From Felis catus (taxonomy: Eukaryota): a DNA stretch of 64,000 nt. Positions 52,000 to 64,000 of the stretch are shown here, piece after piece. Both the position numbers and the translations under genes were made by a program. Where the stretch lies: NCBI RefSeq assembly GCF_018350175.1, contig NC_058369.1, positions 21,640,001 through 21,704,000 on the forward strand, read 5' to 3'. Below the pieces are notes generated by a model. That model made no database searches. It was given only the letters and a program-made list of their open reading frames with translations, and was not told the DNA's origin. Numbering within the stretch: the stretch's first letter is position 1; each line of letters starts with the position of its first letter.

Positions 52000-52845
52000 A
52001 AACATTTTTAAATATTTATTTTCATAATTCTGTGACAGAAAATTCACCCTTTCTAAAATGTGCAATCTAGGGGGTGTTAGTGTATTCACACAGTTGTACA
52101 ACTGTTGCCTCTGATCTCATCCAGAGCATTTCCATTACTCCAAAAAGGAACCCCAGACTCACTAGCAGACATTCCCCTTCCCGACTTCTTGGCAGCTCCT
52201 GCATGCCAAGAATCTACTTTGTATCACTTTGGATTTGCCTACTCTGGATAATTCACATAAATGGAATCATACAGAATGCGGTCTTTTATATCTGGATTCT
52301 TTCACTTAACATAATGTTTGTGAGAATCATCCGTGTTGTGCAATGTGTCAGGACATCCTTCCTTTTTATTGGTTGAATAATAAATACTCCATTGTATGGG
52401 TAGACCACATTTTGTTTATCTGCTCAACTGCTGATGGGCTTTTGCGTTGTTTTCACTTTCTGGCTATCATGGATACTGCTGCTTTGAACATTTGTATAAA
52501 GATTTTTGTGTGGATACCTGTTTTCAATTCTCAGGTGGGTACATAGGTGTGGGGTTGTGCCAACCCTATGTTAACCTGTTTGGCACAGTGGCTTGCACTA
52601 TTTTACATCCCCACCAGTAGCATGGGAGGGCTCCGATTTCTCCACACCCTCACCATTGCTTACTGTTGTCCATGTTCTGATCATAGGCATGCTAGTGGGT
52701 GTCAAGCGGTAACTTGTTGTTTTGATTTGCATTTCCCTAATGACTAATGATGTTGAGCATCTTTTCATGTGCTTATTGACCATTTGCGTGTCTTTTTTTT
52801 TTTTTTTTGAGACGTGTCTGTTCAAATCCTTTGCCAATTTTAAAG
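52000..52845 (-). mobile_element. Old L1 3' region
   Basis: ORF2 remnant MAKDLNRH...[19 protein letters not shown] (52598..52837) plus antisense 3' UTR. Confidence 0.88.
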
Positions 52846-54049
52846 TTCTTTTTATTTTAGCCAGTGGTTACTGAGCACCTGCTCTGTGCTGACATAACTT
52901 AGGGACTCTGCTTGGGGCATGAAAGCTTGCCCTGCTCTGCCTCCCAGGAGTATTGCATTGGAGCATGTGTGTGAAGGAAGGGACACCGCTCCAAAAAGGG
53001 GAGGAGGCACAGACTTGACAAGGGCCTCGGGTTTCAGAGGCTCTGTTTGTGCAATGCACCCTTCCAGGGCCTCCCCTGCCCATTGGCTGCCCTGCCACAC
53101 CTGACACCGGTGTGATCAGTACCATGCAGCCAGAAGCTGACCGGAGTGGCAGGTACCCCCTGAGTATGCTCCCTTAGGGATTCTTGATTTAAACCTACTA
53201 CTACCCAGCCATGGCCAGCCACATAACTCCTGGTCATCTCCAGGCAGCTCTGCAGGGTAGATGCTGGTGACAGCGGGGCTGCTGAGGCCTGAGCCATAAG
53301 AAGACAGAAGGACCCTGCTCTGTCCCCAATGCTGTGTGCGTTATGCATGTTTCTTGGCCTCCCTGAGCCTCAGTTTTCTTATCTGTGAAACAGGAGAATA
53401 CTAGCACAATCTCTCAAGGTGGTTATAAGGCTGAAATGAAATGATGCATGTAAAGGCCTTTACACAGGTTGGGGCAGAGGAAATGTTCACTAAATATAAC
53501 TCATGTTCTTTATTTTGTCATCTGAAAACTGTGAGGGACAAGACGATCCCTAAAGGCTTGACTCCCTTAGAGAAAAGAGAGGTTGGTAAGGAGTTAGGGA
53601 CACCCCCAGGTCAGATGGAAAAAGCAAAGAGGGGTGCCAAGTTCCCCCTGGCACAGTTGCCTCTCTGGGAAGCAGGTGCCCTGAGTTCAGAGTTACCCAA
53701 AAGGGATTTCAGAGTTGGGGCCCCAGCTTGGGCAGAAAGACCACCCCAGGAAGCCCTCCGGCCTCTGTGGCTCTCTGGTCTCCATCCTGGCTTTGCCTCA
53801 GCCCTCCTGGCCCACATCATGGCAGCTGAGCCTTCTCACTAATCTGCCGAGCTCATGGCCAAGGGGAAATATGTTTCCAGATAGGGTGAAAATAGACCCT
53901 TCTCCAAATATGCTCATCATGACTAAGAAAAATAAATGGAACCAAGAGGGAAAAGAGAGGAGGGAGAAGCCACCAGACGAGGCCAGGCCCGTGCAATTCT
54001 AGAAGGACAAGCTGCCAGACAGGTGGGGGTTGGGCTTGTGCAACAGAAG

Positions 54050-54425
54050 GGTGTATGTGATTGTGTATGAGTGTGTGCATGTGTATGTGGCTGAATGAGT
54101 TTGTACTTGACTGTGTGAGTAAGCATGTGTGACAGTAAATGTGAGTGTGTGTGTGTGTGTGTGTGTGTGCAGATGTGAGAGGGTATATGTAAATGTGTGA
54201 GGAAGCATCTATATGTATGTGTGTGAGTGTGAAGGTGTCTGAGTAAGCATGCACAGAGTACGTATGTGGGTGAGTGTTCACCTGTGTTGTGTCGTGTACA
54301 TGTGTGAACAGGTATACGTGAGTATGCATATGCAGGTGTAAGAGTTGTGCATACAGATTGTGTGAGTGCGTGAGCTTGTGCGTGTGTGTGAATAATGTGT
54401 GCGTGCATGTGCTCCTGTGTGTGGG
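54050..54425. repeat. Degenerate (TG)n tract with a perfect core near 54146-54169
   Basis: Direct reading of sequence. Confidence 0.9.
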
Positions 54426-56699
54426 TGCCTCAAGTCACGTGCTGTGGAAAGCAGCCCCGAGGAAAGGGAGAATTCTTTGGGCTTAGTCACCCAGAGCTCA
54501 GACATAGCCAATCCAAGAACGTATTTCAATATAGACCTGGTTGCATTTGTCATAGGGACTTCCTGTTACCCAGTGGCAGAGGAGGCTTCCTTGAGTTGCA
54601 GCTTGGCAGACACCCCTTGGAGGCATAAAATGTTGGAACCCGAAAAGATCTCTGAGCTCCTTTTACCAAAGACTTCATGGTACACGTGGGGTGGCTGTGG
54701 CCCAAGGGCACACAGCTGGGGCAGAGCTAGGCTGGGAACTCAGGCCTTCTCGTCTCTGTCCAGTGTTCTTCTTGTACCTCCTACAAGATTCACCTTTTGC
54801 CTCCCTGTCATCGCTCATCCGTGTGTTCAGCAAATGTTTACCAAGTACCTATTAAGTGCTACACACCAAACTGGGAGCTAAGATACAGACAAGGACCCTG
54901 CCTCAAGGAGCATTCCTCCCAGTGTGGAGAGGTAGACCACAAACCAGTAGGCAAGTTGATAAGGTAATTCCAGATCTCTGTAAGTGCCTTGAAGTCAGGA
55001 AGGCAGGGTGGTACGATCCGAGGCCTACTTCAGTGGGGTGGTCAGGGAGGGCCTCTGCAGAGTGACATCAGTGCTGAGACCAGGGCAGGGAGCCAGCTAC
55101 TCACAGCAGAGTATCCAGACCCATTTCTTAAGTGACCTCGGCCTCACAGAAGCGGGTAAAACTGTCAGAAGTGCCTCGGCCACTCCCCTAGCCCAAGTCT
55201 GATGGGAAGTGATGGGGACCGGAGGAATGCTCCCTCAGACAAGGCCAAAGCTGAGAAGCCAGTGGGCCTTGGGACCCAGGAAATACCACCGGAGCCATAG
55301 AGGACAGTCACCGTCTATTCATGCCCCAAAGCTCTTGTCCAGCCATCGTGAAAATAATAGTAACCACGGATGTTAAATAACAGCTACTATCAATGCTAGT
55401 TAAAAGCACTTAGCATGTGCCAGGCACATACTGGGCATTTCAGGTGCATTATTGCATTTCACTTCCTCAACATACCTTAGGAAATAGACATTGGTGACAC
55501 CCTCGTTTTACAGAAGAAAGTGAGGCCCCATCGAAGTAACTTGCACAAGGTCATACCACCAGGAAGGGGCAGAGCCACCATTTGCACCCAGGAGTTTTGT
55601 GATCCCCGAGGCCAGAGCCGTTGAGCACACACCTCAGCCCCTCCTGCCTGCCTGACCTTCACCTTGCATGGACCCTCCTCACTTCCCTGACCCCCTAGAA
55701 TCACCCTGGCTGCCTCGGAGCTCCTTCTGACTCAGGCCTCATGGCCTGCCATGTAGCCATGAGTTATGCCAACATCAGCTTCACTTCTACTCTATGCCTG
55801 GAGCATTGGGACCTTTACATATGTGATTGCAGTCTTCACAAGAACTCTTCAAGGTCAAGATTATGTATCTCATCTTACAGCTGAGGAGATAAAGGGATGG
55901 CTCACAGGCAACTGTAGTCGGGGCAGGGGTGGGAGGGTAACCTGACCCCAGAGCCTGATAGCCCCCATGCCTTCCCACAGGGTGCTGGTGAGGAGTTCAG
56001 CCTGCTTTGCTTCGCTTAAGCCTCAAAATCAGCCTCCCACCGCCTGCCTTGACCTATACAATGTTCAAATCCATGCCTCAGCCATGCATTGAATGACAGA
56101 AAGTCCCTGATCTTTGCAGTTACTCTTAAACACTCGAAGCCCCTCATGCTGAAATGGCAAATGCCAAGTGCTCTCCACGTCTGTACCTCAGGGCTGTGCG
56201 GGAATAAATGTAAAGTAGCACAGCTTCATCTTAGTGTCGGGACCTTGGGCAAGTGACCCTTTGAAGGTTCTATTTCCCCATCTGCAAAATGGGCTTATAT
56301 CAGAATACCTACCTCACAGGTTTGGAGTCAGGTAAAACCAAGGTGACATAAAGGTGCCTGGCTCACAGTAGGTGTTCAGTAAAGATTTGTGGGTCCACTG
56401 GCTGATGGAGAATTGGCCTCAAGACCCTGAGGGGCTGTTGCTATTTGGAGTTTAGATGGTGGGATGGAGATTTCAACTTTCTGGGTTTCCAGGGCCTTGT
56501 TCATCAGAAGGCCTCACTCTTCAGCTCTCTCCCCAGGTCCCTAGTGTAAAGGCCCAGCAGGCCCCCTCTGGACACTGTAGGAGTGATGCACAGGCCGCAG
56601 CCTCTCCAGTCCCAGACAAGCTGGGCAGATGAAGCAGCAGTTTTCCAGAAGACTGTGTGCCCTAGAGCTGCAGCCAAGGGACGGAAGTATGTGCAAAAT

Positions 56700-56995
56700 G
56701 GGGAAGTTGCTGCTGCAAACACCCCAGTTGAGAAACACGATGGGGAAAATCCAACAGGCTGCTGAGCTCTGGGGAGGGGATCTCCAGGGCTAGCACATGC
56801 ACACCACCACCTCATCCTTTGTCCCTTTACCCTGGGGTTAGTGGTGGCTGCCTGCTGATGCTTCTCTCTGGGCTGCCTTTCCAGTCCCTGTATAACGTCT
56901 CCACTTTTCCACGACTTGCGCAATGGATTCCCTACATTTAATTCCGTCTATTTGAAATACCTAGACTGGCTTCTCTTTTGCTGCCAGACCCTAGA
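56700..56995 (+). mobile_element. Probable ancient ERVL-type LTR 3' fragment
   Basis: ttaattccgtctatttgaaatacctagactggcttctcttttgctgccagaccct resembles ERVL LTR ends; 5' boundary uncertain. Confidence 0.4.
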
Positions 56996-58899
56996 AGTCC
57001 AGAGAGGTGAGGCTACTTGCCCAGCATGAAGGGGCTTACCTGTGGCAGCCCACTCTCTGCTTCCTCAGCCTCCTCTCCTTTCCTCACCCCACCTCTGTGC
57101 CAGCTTTTCTGCTTTATGGATCTGCCTGGGAATGCATTGAACTTAAGGAACCAATCGATTGATTCTCACTAAAGTATTACTGATTGATATGCGTGTCATC
57201 CAGAAGAAGCTAAAACCTCATTGGGTCTGTCCAGGGGGTCTGAGTCCATGAAGGAGATGTAGCCACAAGCTGGAGACATTGCCTAAGGGGTCTCTCTTCC
57301 TGTCTCTGTCCATTTTCCCCCACAGGACCCCCACAGGCTAAACCAAGCCACACAGACGTTTGGGGAGTGCAGCCTGAAGAGATTGGGCCCTTTCCATGGA
57401 CAAAGGTCAGAGCTGGGAAAAGCAACCAGGTCCAGGATGTGCACATTCCTCTTTTGTGCACTGTCACAGGGGGTCAGAAAATGATGGTCCCTGAGGACCT
57501 TTGCTCTCTGAAAGTCCACAGATCTGTGACTCTTAGAGCAAGGGCATGACATCCCTGAGTTCTGGTCCCAGTTCTGATTCTATGTGGCCTTTTGATCCTT
57601 TCTCTCTTTGACCTTAGCGTGCCCATCTGTTCAATGGGGAGGTTGGTCAGACAGGTCCAGGAGGGCCCTGGAAGACCCTGGTCCACATCCACAACCAGGC
57701 CACGATTCTCCAGGAGCCTCCCTCAGGAATCTGCTGACCTCACCATCCCTTCTCACCTAATGTCCTATTCATCCTGCTGTCCCAGGCTGGGGCCCACCTG
57801 GTCCTATGCCCACTTTTCCCTGTAGTCCTATCTGCATAAGCCTGAGAGCCCATCAGCCCCAGTCTAGACCTCCCACCCACAGGGCCAGGAGTGATTCCAG
57901 CCATCAGGGCTCTGCCTTCTGCCTGGCTGAGGGGTTACTTCCCCTCAGAGGAGTAGGGGGCACCACTTGGCCTAGACAGAGGTCCACTTGAGTCCCCTAC
58001 CCCACTGCCCTCCCACTGTCTGGGGCTCTCCCTTTCTTCCTTTCCAGAAATGAACCGGAAACTGGGCCACTTTCTAGAAAGACTCCAAGAGAGGAGTTGG
58101 AGCAGAGGAAGCTGATCTCCCTCCCATGAAAACTGAGGTCAGACACTTCTAAGGTTTCTGCAGGCTCAGCTCACAACCCAAGCAGGTTCAAATATACCCA
58201 CTTCCCACGTCATAAAACACTTTTGAATCACTTTATAAGAGTTGAGGTGTGCTACATTTGACAAGTTGTCCTAATATTACACTTTGCAGACATTTAGTGA
58301 AACATGTAGAAATTTCAAGCTTCCTGTCACTGAGCTCATATCCTGTGCCATGTGATCTCAATCTACTCAAAATATCATACTACTATTAACCCATTTTATA
58401 GGGGAGAAAACAGGGTGAGAAAGGCCCAGCACCTAAGACCACACATCCAGTGAGCACTGGGCCACTGTCTGGGTCTGCCTCTCTCTGCAGCCTGGACCTC
58501 TGTCATCCTGGGTTCCTGGCTCTGCCCTGGGGACCCCGGGGGCAGGGGATTCAGGCCTGTGGGGCTTACATTTCATTAGAACTCAGAGCCAGCGCACAGC
58601 TTGGCTGGCTGGACCAGAGCCCTCCTCCTGGCCCAGTTAGGTACTTGGCACCCGCACCTCAGGACTCCTCCCAGGGTGAGCTCTAGGGCACGTGGTTTAC
58701 CTGCTGGAGCCCGGAGGTAGGAAAGCAAACACCATAAATCATCAGGAAGCCCGTGTAAATATTTTATAGCTGGGACAGTAAATAATGCAGCTCCCTGGAC
58801 ACACTCAACCCAGTTCATCTGTCCCACATCCAGCACTCTGTCTGGGCCTGTCTCTTGCCTTGTATTTTTTAAACAAATGCTGAAGCCCAGTGCTGGGCA

Positions 58900-59240
58900 C
58901 TTTCCTATGCACCATCTTCACTGCTTAGCCTTTGCTCAGACTGCTCCCTCTGCCTGGAACACCTTTGTCCCTAAGCCTGGCTATTCCTCCTCCTCCCTAA
59001 GGAGTCACCTCCTCCAGGAAGCCTTCTTTGATTTTCTGGATGGGTCAGGGGTTCTTCTGACTCTCACAGTGCTTTCCCCATCTGGGCTCTGCTAGACTTC
59101 CCCCATCTGGGCTCTGCTCACTCTGTGAGGTCTTTTCCTGGTGATTTGCCTGCTCTCTCTCTGTCAGCTCTAAGAGAGCAATCACATCCCTTGAGTTGAA
59201 TGCAAGTCTTGGCATACAGTAAGTGCTCAACGAATAATGT
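58900..59240. mobile_element. L2 LINE 3' fragment
   Basis: gcctttgctcagactgctccctctgcctggaacac...tcacctcctccaggaagcctt...ggcatacagtaagtgctcaacgaata. Confidence 0.7.
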
Positions 59241-60080
59241 TGAAAGATGGAATGTCATCTCGTTCAATCCTTAAATAAGTCTGTGAGGCAGGTGTTGCTG
59301 TGTTATTACTATAATCCTATGTCACACACAACAAAACTGAGGCCCCAGTGGCAGAGCTGGGACTGACTTCCCACCTGTCTGGCCCTCCCTGAGTCTGATG
59401 CTTTCTCAATAACCCATCTGGGAATACACCCCTTTCCCCTGCAGACCTCAAACTCCTTGAATCAGGGACCCTCTGTTTCTGCTCAGGGAGGCTCTTGACC
59501 CCTGCCAGAGGCTCTGACGTTCAGTGGGTGTTAATCTATGTGTATGAAAGACTACAAAAGGCAAGTCATGGTCAGGACCTTGTCTTCAACCTGGGTGGGA
59601 AGGCACAATGTGGGTCTGGGGAGCAGGAGGCCCGGCAAGGAGACCTGTGCTTCTTGGGCCCCAAGGCAGCCCTGGAAAGAGGTTTGTTCAGGGAGGGTCC
59701 CTGATGCAGCAGCTGTGGAAGGTGCTCAGATGCAGCAGCCCAGATACCTTGGGTCTCAAGGCACTGCACCACTTTGGGGCCAAGTCCCTAACCAGGCCAT
59801 CACTGCCTCACAGGAACCTAAGACGTGAAGACAGATGATCCTGTCTACCCTCTTCCCATCTTGTGTCAGGCGCTGAGAACGAGGACAAAGAAATCAGGGC
59901 ACAGGCAGTGCAAGGTGGGACAGGACAAGGATAGCTTTGCACAGAAGCCCTGGCCTGACCCTGGCCTCAATCCTCAGCAGAAAGTGGGCGGCAGAAGGGT
60001 GGGTAGATGGGTTTCGACTTGTATGTCAATTCCGGCTGGTTGCTGATGGCTCCCTGAAGCTGTTGTTAAGAAGGATTCTA

Positions 60081-60288
60081 GGGGCACCTGGGTGGCTCAG
60101 TCAGTTAAGAGTACAACTTCGGCTCAGGACATGATCTCGTGGTTTGTGGGTTCAAGCCCTGTGTCGGGCTCTGTGCTGACAGTACAGAGCCTGGAGCCTG
60201 CTTCAGATTCCGTGTCTCCCTCTCTCTCTCCCCATGCCCTGCTTGCGTTCTGTCTCCCTCTCAAAAATAAGTAAACATTAAAAAAAAA
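60081..60288 (+). mobile_element. Can-SINE
   Basis: Head, CT tract and A tail. Confidence 0.92.
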
Positions 60289-60404
60289 TTATATATATAT
60301 AAAATAATGCATATAATAATATATAATATTGCATATTATATATATACATATATATGTGTGTGTATATATATATATATGTATATATACTCATGTATATATA
60401 TACA
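60289..60404. repeat. (TA)-rich microsatellite grown from the SINE tail
   Basis: Imperfect tata/tgtg run directly after the poly-A. Confidence 0.9.
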
Positions 60405-63400
60405 TGAAGGAGTTTGAGCTGTATCTCTCCAGGCTCAGCAAGAAGTGCTGCGATCGATTACCAATACCTGCCACAAGCAGAGTGGGGCGCACTAGCCCAC
60501 CTCAGAATTTGCTCCCTCATTTGACTTCTCAGCTCTCTGAACAGAAGAGGACAAAATAAAGGGTGGTGGGTTCCTTGTTGATTGCTAACAAGGTCAGTGC
60601 AGAAGTCATCACCCTTTGTGGAGATGGAAATACGAACACATGGCCTCTTTACCAGTGTATCTGTAAGAGCCAGGAAGGGAATAGAGAGGAGAGAATGGGA
60701 AAGAATAACAGAAAGCAAGTGAGAAGTCAGATGCTCATAAGGATTTCCTGGCAATGTGACTGAGACCCTGAGTCCAGGGACAAGGGCAGGCCTGGCTCTG
60801 CCCTCACCAGTAAGCAGGAACCAAGAGTTTTCCAAGGCAAATTCCAGAGATAATCCAGACCAAGGCCCAGGTGTTGGGGCCTTGTGTTGCAGGGGGCAGG
60901 CCCAAGCTTTCCATGCCTGTTAGACCCGGGTGTCCCCACTGGGCCCAGCTTGTTTGAGGGGCACACAGGGTCAGGTGGGGCTCTGCGTGAGCCCCTGCCC
61001 TCACACAGTTTTCCAAGTTGTGGGGGAAGAATCTAGTAGGATCAGAGCAGGCAGGGATGGGCAGGATGTCCCCTCTGGGCTGAGAAAGTCTGGGCGGGCC
61101 CCCAGGGAGGGGTGGCAGGGTCGAGAGGGCCAACTGTGAGGCTGCCAGATCATATGTGCTACCCTTGTTCCCCCAACTCCCACTGCCCCTTGGGCATTTA
61201 CCCTGTGAGGCCATGCAGGCAGGATCCGCACAGACATTCACAGTTGGGGAAGAAGGCTCTGGAAGAGGAGCTCTGTCCTTCCCCTGCCAGCTGCCAATGC
61301 CTCCACACCTGTCTCTTGTCTGGCTCCACCCAGGCCAGGTACCAACTGTCACACCCTTGCTCCTGTGGCTTTAGGGGAAGCCTGGCCTAATGGCTATGAA
61401 CTCTGGCCTGGAATGCAGAACAGTGGGGTGTGAGGCTCAGTTTTGCTGTGTCTTGAGCATGTCATTCAGCCTCCCTGGCCTTCAGTATTCCCTCCTGTGA
61501 AATGGGGTTCCTGATGGTACCCACTCACATCGTAAAGGCTTTGTGGGAGGCTTGTCAGTTAAAGAACATCAGGTGTTATCTCAGGGCCTGGTAGGTTGTG
61601 AGCACTTGATAGGTGGGGGCTGGAATTATTATTATTATTCTTCTAATCTGAGACCAAGTTCATGTTTTCCACACCATCTGCAGAGTCCAGATTCTACCCA
61701 GACTCCCAGGGGACCACTTCCAAGACTGGTAGACGCGCAGGCTGGTGGCAGGTCCTGGTGCTGGGGATCTGGGATGCTCTGAACCTGAAGGCCTAGGACA
61801 GAGCAAGATGGGGCAGGCAGGGGCTCCCTGTAGCTCCGTGGCCCCTGAGCTGGCCGAGTTCTGTGCGGTGCATAGTCGGCCATCCCAGGCCACTTACAAT
61901 TCTCTTTCAGCACTAACAAGGTTAGTAGCAGGGTCAGCGCAGGAGCTCTGGGGCACTGAGCAGGAGCAGCTATTGTCAAGTTTTATTATGATGCCCAGAC
62001 AGTGCTCTTGGGCAGCCCTTACCAGCTGGCCATTGCCTAGTACGGATAAAGGTTGAGTTCTTTGGGGAGAAGGCCCTTCCAAAAAGGTTGACCTCTGCAG
62101 GGTGCAAAGGTTTCGGGAGCCCACGTCTCCCCAGAACCACCTCTGCTCTGAGGAGCCTGGAGCAGCTGGGAAACCTGATGGGGAGCACCCAGGGCACTCT
62201 TAGACACAGTGTAAAGCCATAGTATGGAGCAGCCTGGGAAGCCAGGGACCCACAGTGGACTCTCCATCCCCGTCCCCTCCCCTTCGGTCTCCCCCACCTC
62301 CTCCTCCCCTTAGCCACCCAGGCCTTGGTCTTATGTGGGAAGATGCTGGCATGACTCCCACTGGGGTGGCTAGGAGTAAGGGTGCCTCAAGGGCAGACCC
62401 TGAGCTGGGGAAGTCAAGAAATGTGTGGTGGACAAACGCTTCTGAGCCATGTCTCTGGGCAGGGGGATGCCACCACAGGAAAGCCAGTCTTTACTATGTG
62501 TCCACACTGTATTTGGCCCTCACAGGTGGTGTCACATGGGTGGTGGCATAGGGAGTGACCAGGAGAAGAGGACATGGCCCTCAAGGGAGGGACCCTGCAG
62601 GCATATAGGCCCCAAGATGGTCACATGCCAGAACTGTGGCACCAGGGAGTACGAGACCCAAGGACAAAAGTTCCAGGATCAACGGTGAAGGAAAGAAGTG
62701 TGTTTGAGGTGGCCCAGGAGCCCCCTCCACACACTCATACCCTTACCATTGAGCTGCTGGTCAGATTCCCAGTAGCCCTTGGTGAGGGCTGAGCCACCAA
62801 GCTCAAAGGTCAGAAGGGCAAAGACTGGTGAAGGTTCCTTGGATTCACACCCACTGGTGCCTTCTCAGGTAGCCAAACCTTATGCTCAAGGAGCAGGCTG
62901 TCATCAGCCTCAGGCACTGCCTTGAGGGAGGGAAGCTGGGAACTTGAGCAAGTAGAATTCTGTCTCCCCACCCCAACTGGACTGGGCCAGGGCCATTAAG
63001 AGCATGGGGCAGGGCACTCCAGTCCCTGCCCCTTGGGCCCCAAGAACGCCTGGCAGCATGAATATGAATAATAAAGGCCATGCCTTCATTTATCCATTCA
63101 CTTCAAGGTGCTTTTTGCAGCCATTCCTGCTTCTAGGCTTTTGCTTTCGTTGTGTCCTCTGCCTAGAAAGCTCTAGTCTCCTGATCTTCTCCCTTCATTC
63201 CTGTCTGGGAAACCCCTTCCCCAAGCCTTCATTCCCCATTGTCTTCAGCACAGGCCCACCTGCAGGCTTAGGCCTTTGCATGGCACCCAAGGCACTGAGA
63301 ATGTAACCACCGTCCCACCCCCGCGCCCCACAACTGACCCTTGGGTTACCTTGCACAAGCCCCAAAGGCCCACCTCACTGTTTACTGGAACTGGGCTTAG

Positions 63401-64000
63401 ATGTAGTGAGTTCATTAGCTCTGAGTCTTTGCTCCAGCTCCTCCTTCTGCCTGGGGTGCCTTCTCTGTCTTCTCACCCCCACTTCCCTTGTCCTCCTGGC
63501 CTGGGCCAGGGGCACCTTTGCAATAGAGCCTGCCCTGCTTCCTCAGCACCCCCATACAAAATCTATCACACAGTAGGTGCCCGTGAAATGATGGCAGGAA
63601 GGAAAGAACAATGAATTATGTTCTATTCTCAGCTCTGTTGGGATCTGTTGCTGGTAACCTGGGAGTCACTTTGCTTGTCGGAAGCTTGGTCTCCCATGAC
63701 ACAGTGTTAAATCAGAGTTGGATGAAATGGCTTGCATTAAGCTTCTAAGAACCTTAGATTTAATGCAGAGGCTTCAGGCTGTGGAAGCTTCCCTGCCCAT
63801 CCCCCTATACACCCCGATAATAACAAAATTAAGTCATATAGCAGAAGTCTCAGTGATCTATGGAGAATGCGTCTGATCCAGGCACTGTGCCAGACCCTTG
63901 TCTGGTCCACACTCCCTGAGCTCTGAGGGGTACAAAGGGCCCCATTTATAGATAAGGGAGTTGAAGCAAGGTGCCTTGCCCAAGGTCACACAGCTCAGGG

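Noticed and set aside
57945..57965. Additional CTCF-like sequences (GGAGTAGGGGGCAC; also near 39822 and 56560)
   Set aside because: They mismatch at highly constrained core positions and are much weaker than the three sites reported.
45000..64000. PRKCD 5' exons or promoter
   Set aside because: Expected further right from recalled synteny. No second CpG island or PKC-delta-like coding sequence is visible in this window.

Overview
Mammalian (carnivore, most likely felid) genomic DNA, judged from about 26 tRNA-derived Can-SINEs of the feliform SINEC_Fc type. The only gene I can support is a complete RFT1 on the minus strand (ER membrane protein needed for Man5GlcNAc2-PP-dolichol translocation in N-glycosylation). 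It has 13 coding exons from ATG 44758 to TGA 9921, all introns are GT-AG, and the CDS is 1626 nt (541 aa). A CpG-island promoter lies at about 44500-44945. The rest is intronic or intergenic sequence rich in Can-SINE, L1, L2, MIR, hAT/Tigger MITEs and a solo MaLR LTR. From recalled human synteny, SFMBT1 would lie to the left and PRKCD to the right, but I see no exon of either here. I found no convincing novel biological system. The most interesting items are regulatory or splicing hypotheses: three consensus CTCF motifs in divergent arrangement, a SINE inserted at the exon-3 branch-point region, inverted SINE pairs around exons 3-5, a stop-creating tandem donor at exon 11, and a candidate 13-nt poison microexon. 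Repeat family names are by eye and repeat boundaries are approximate.
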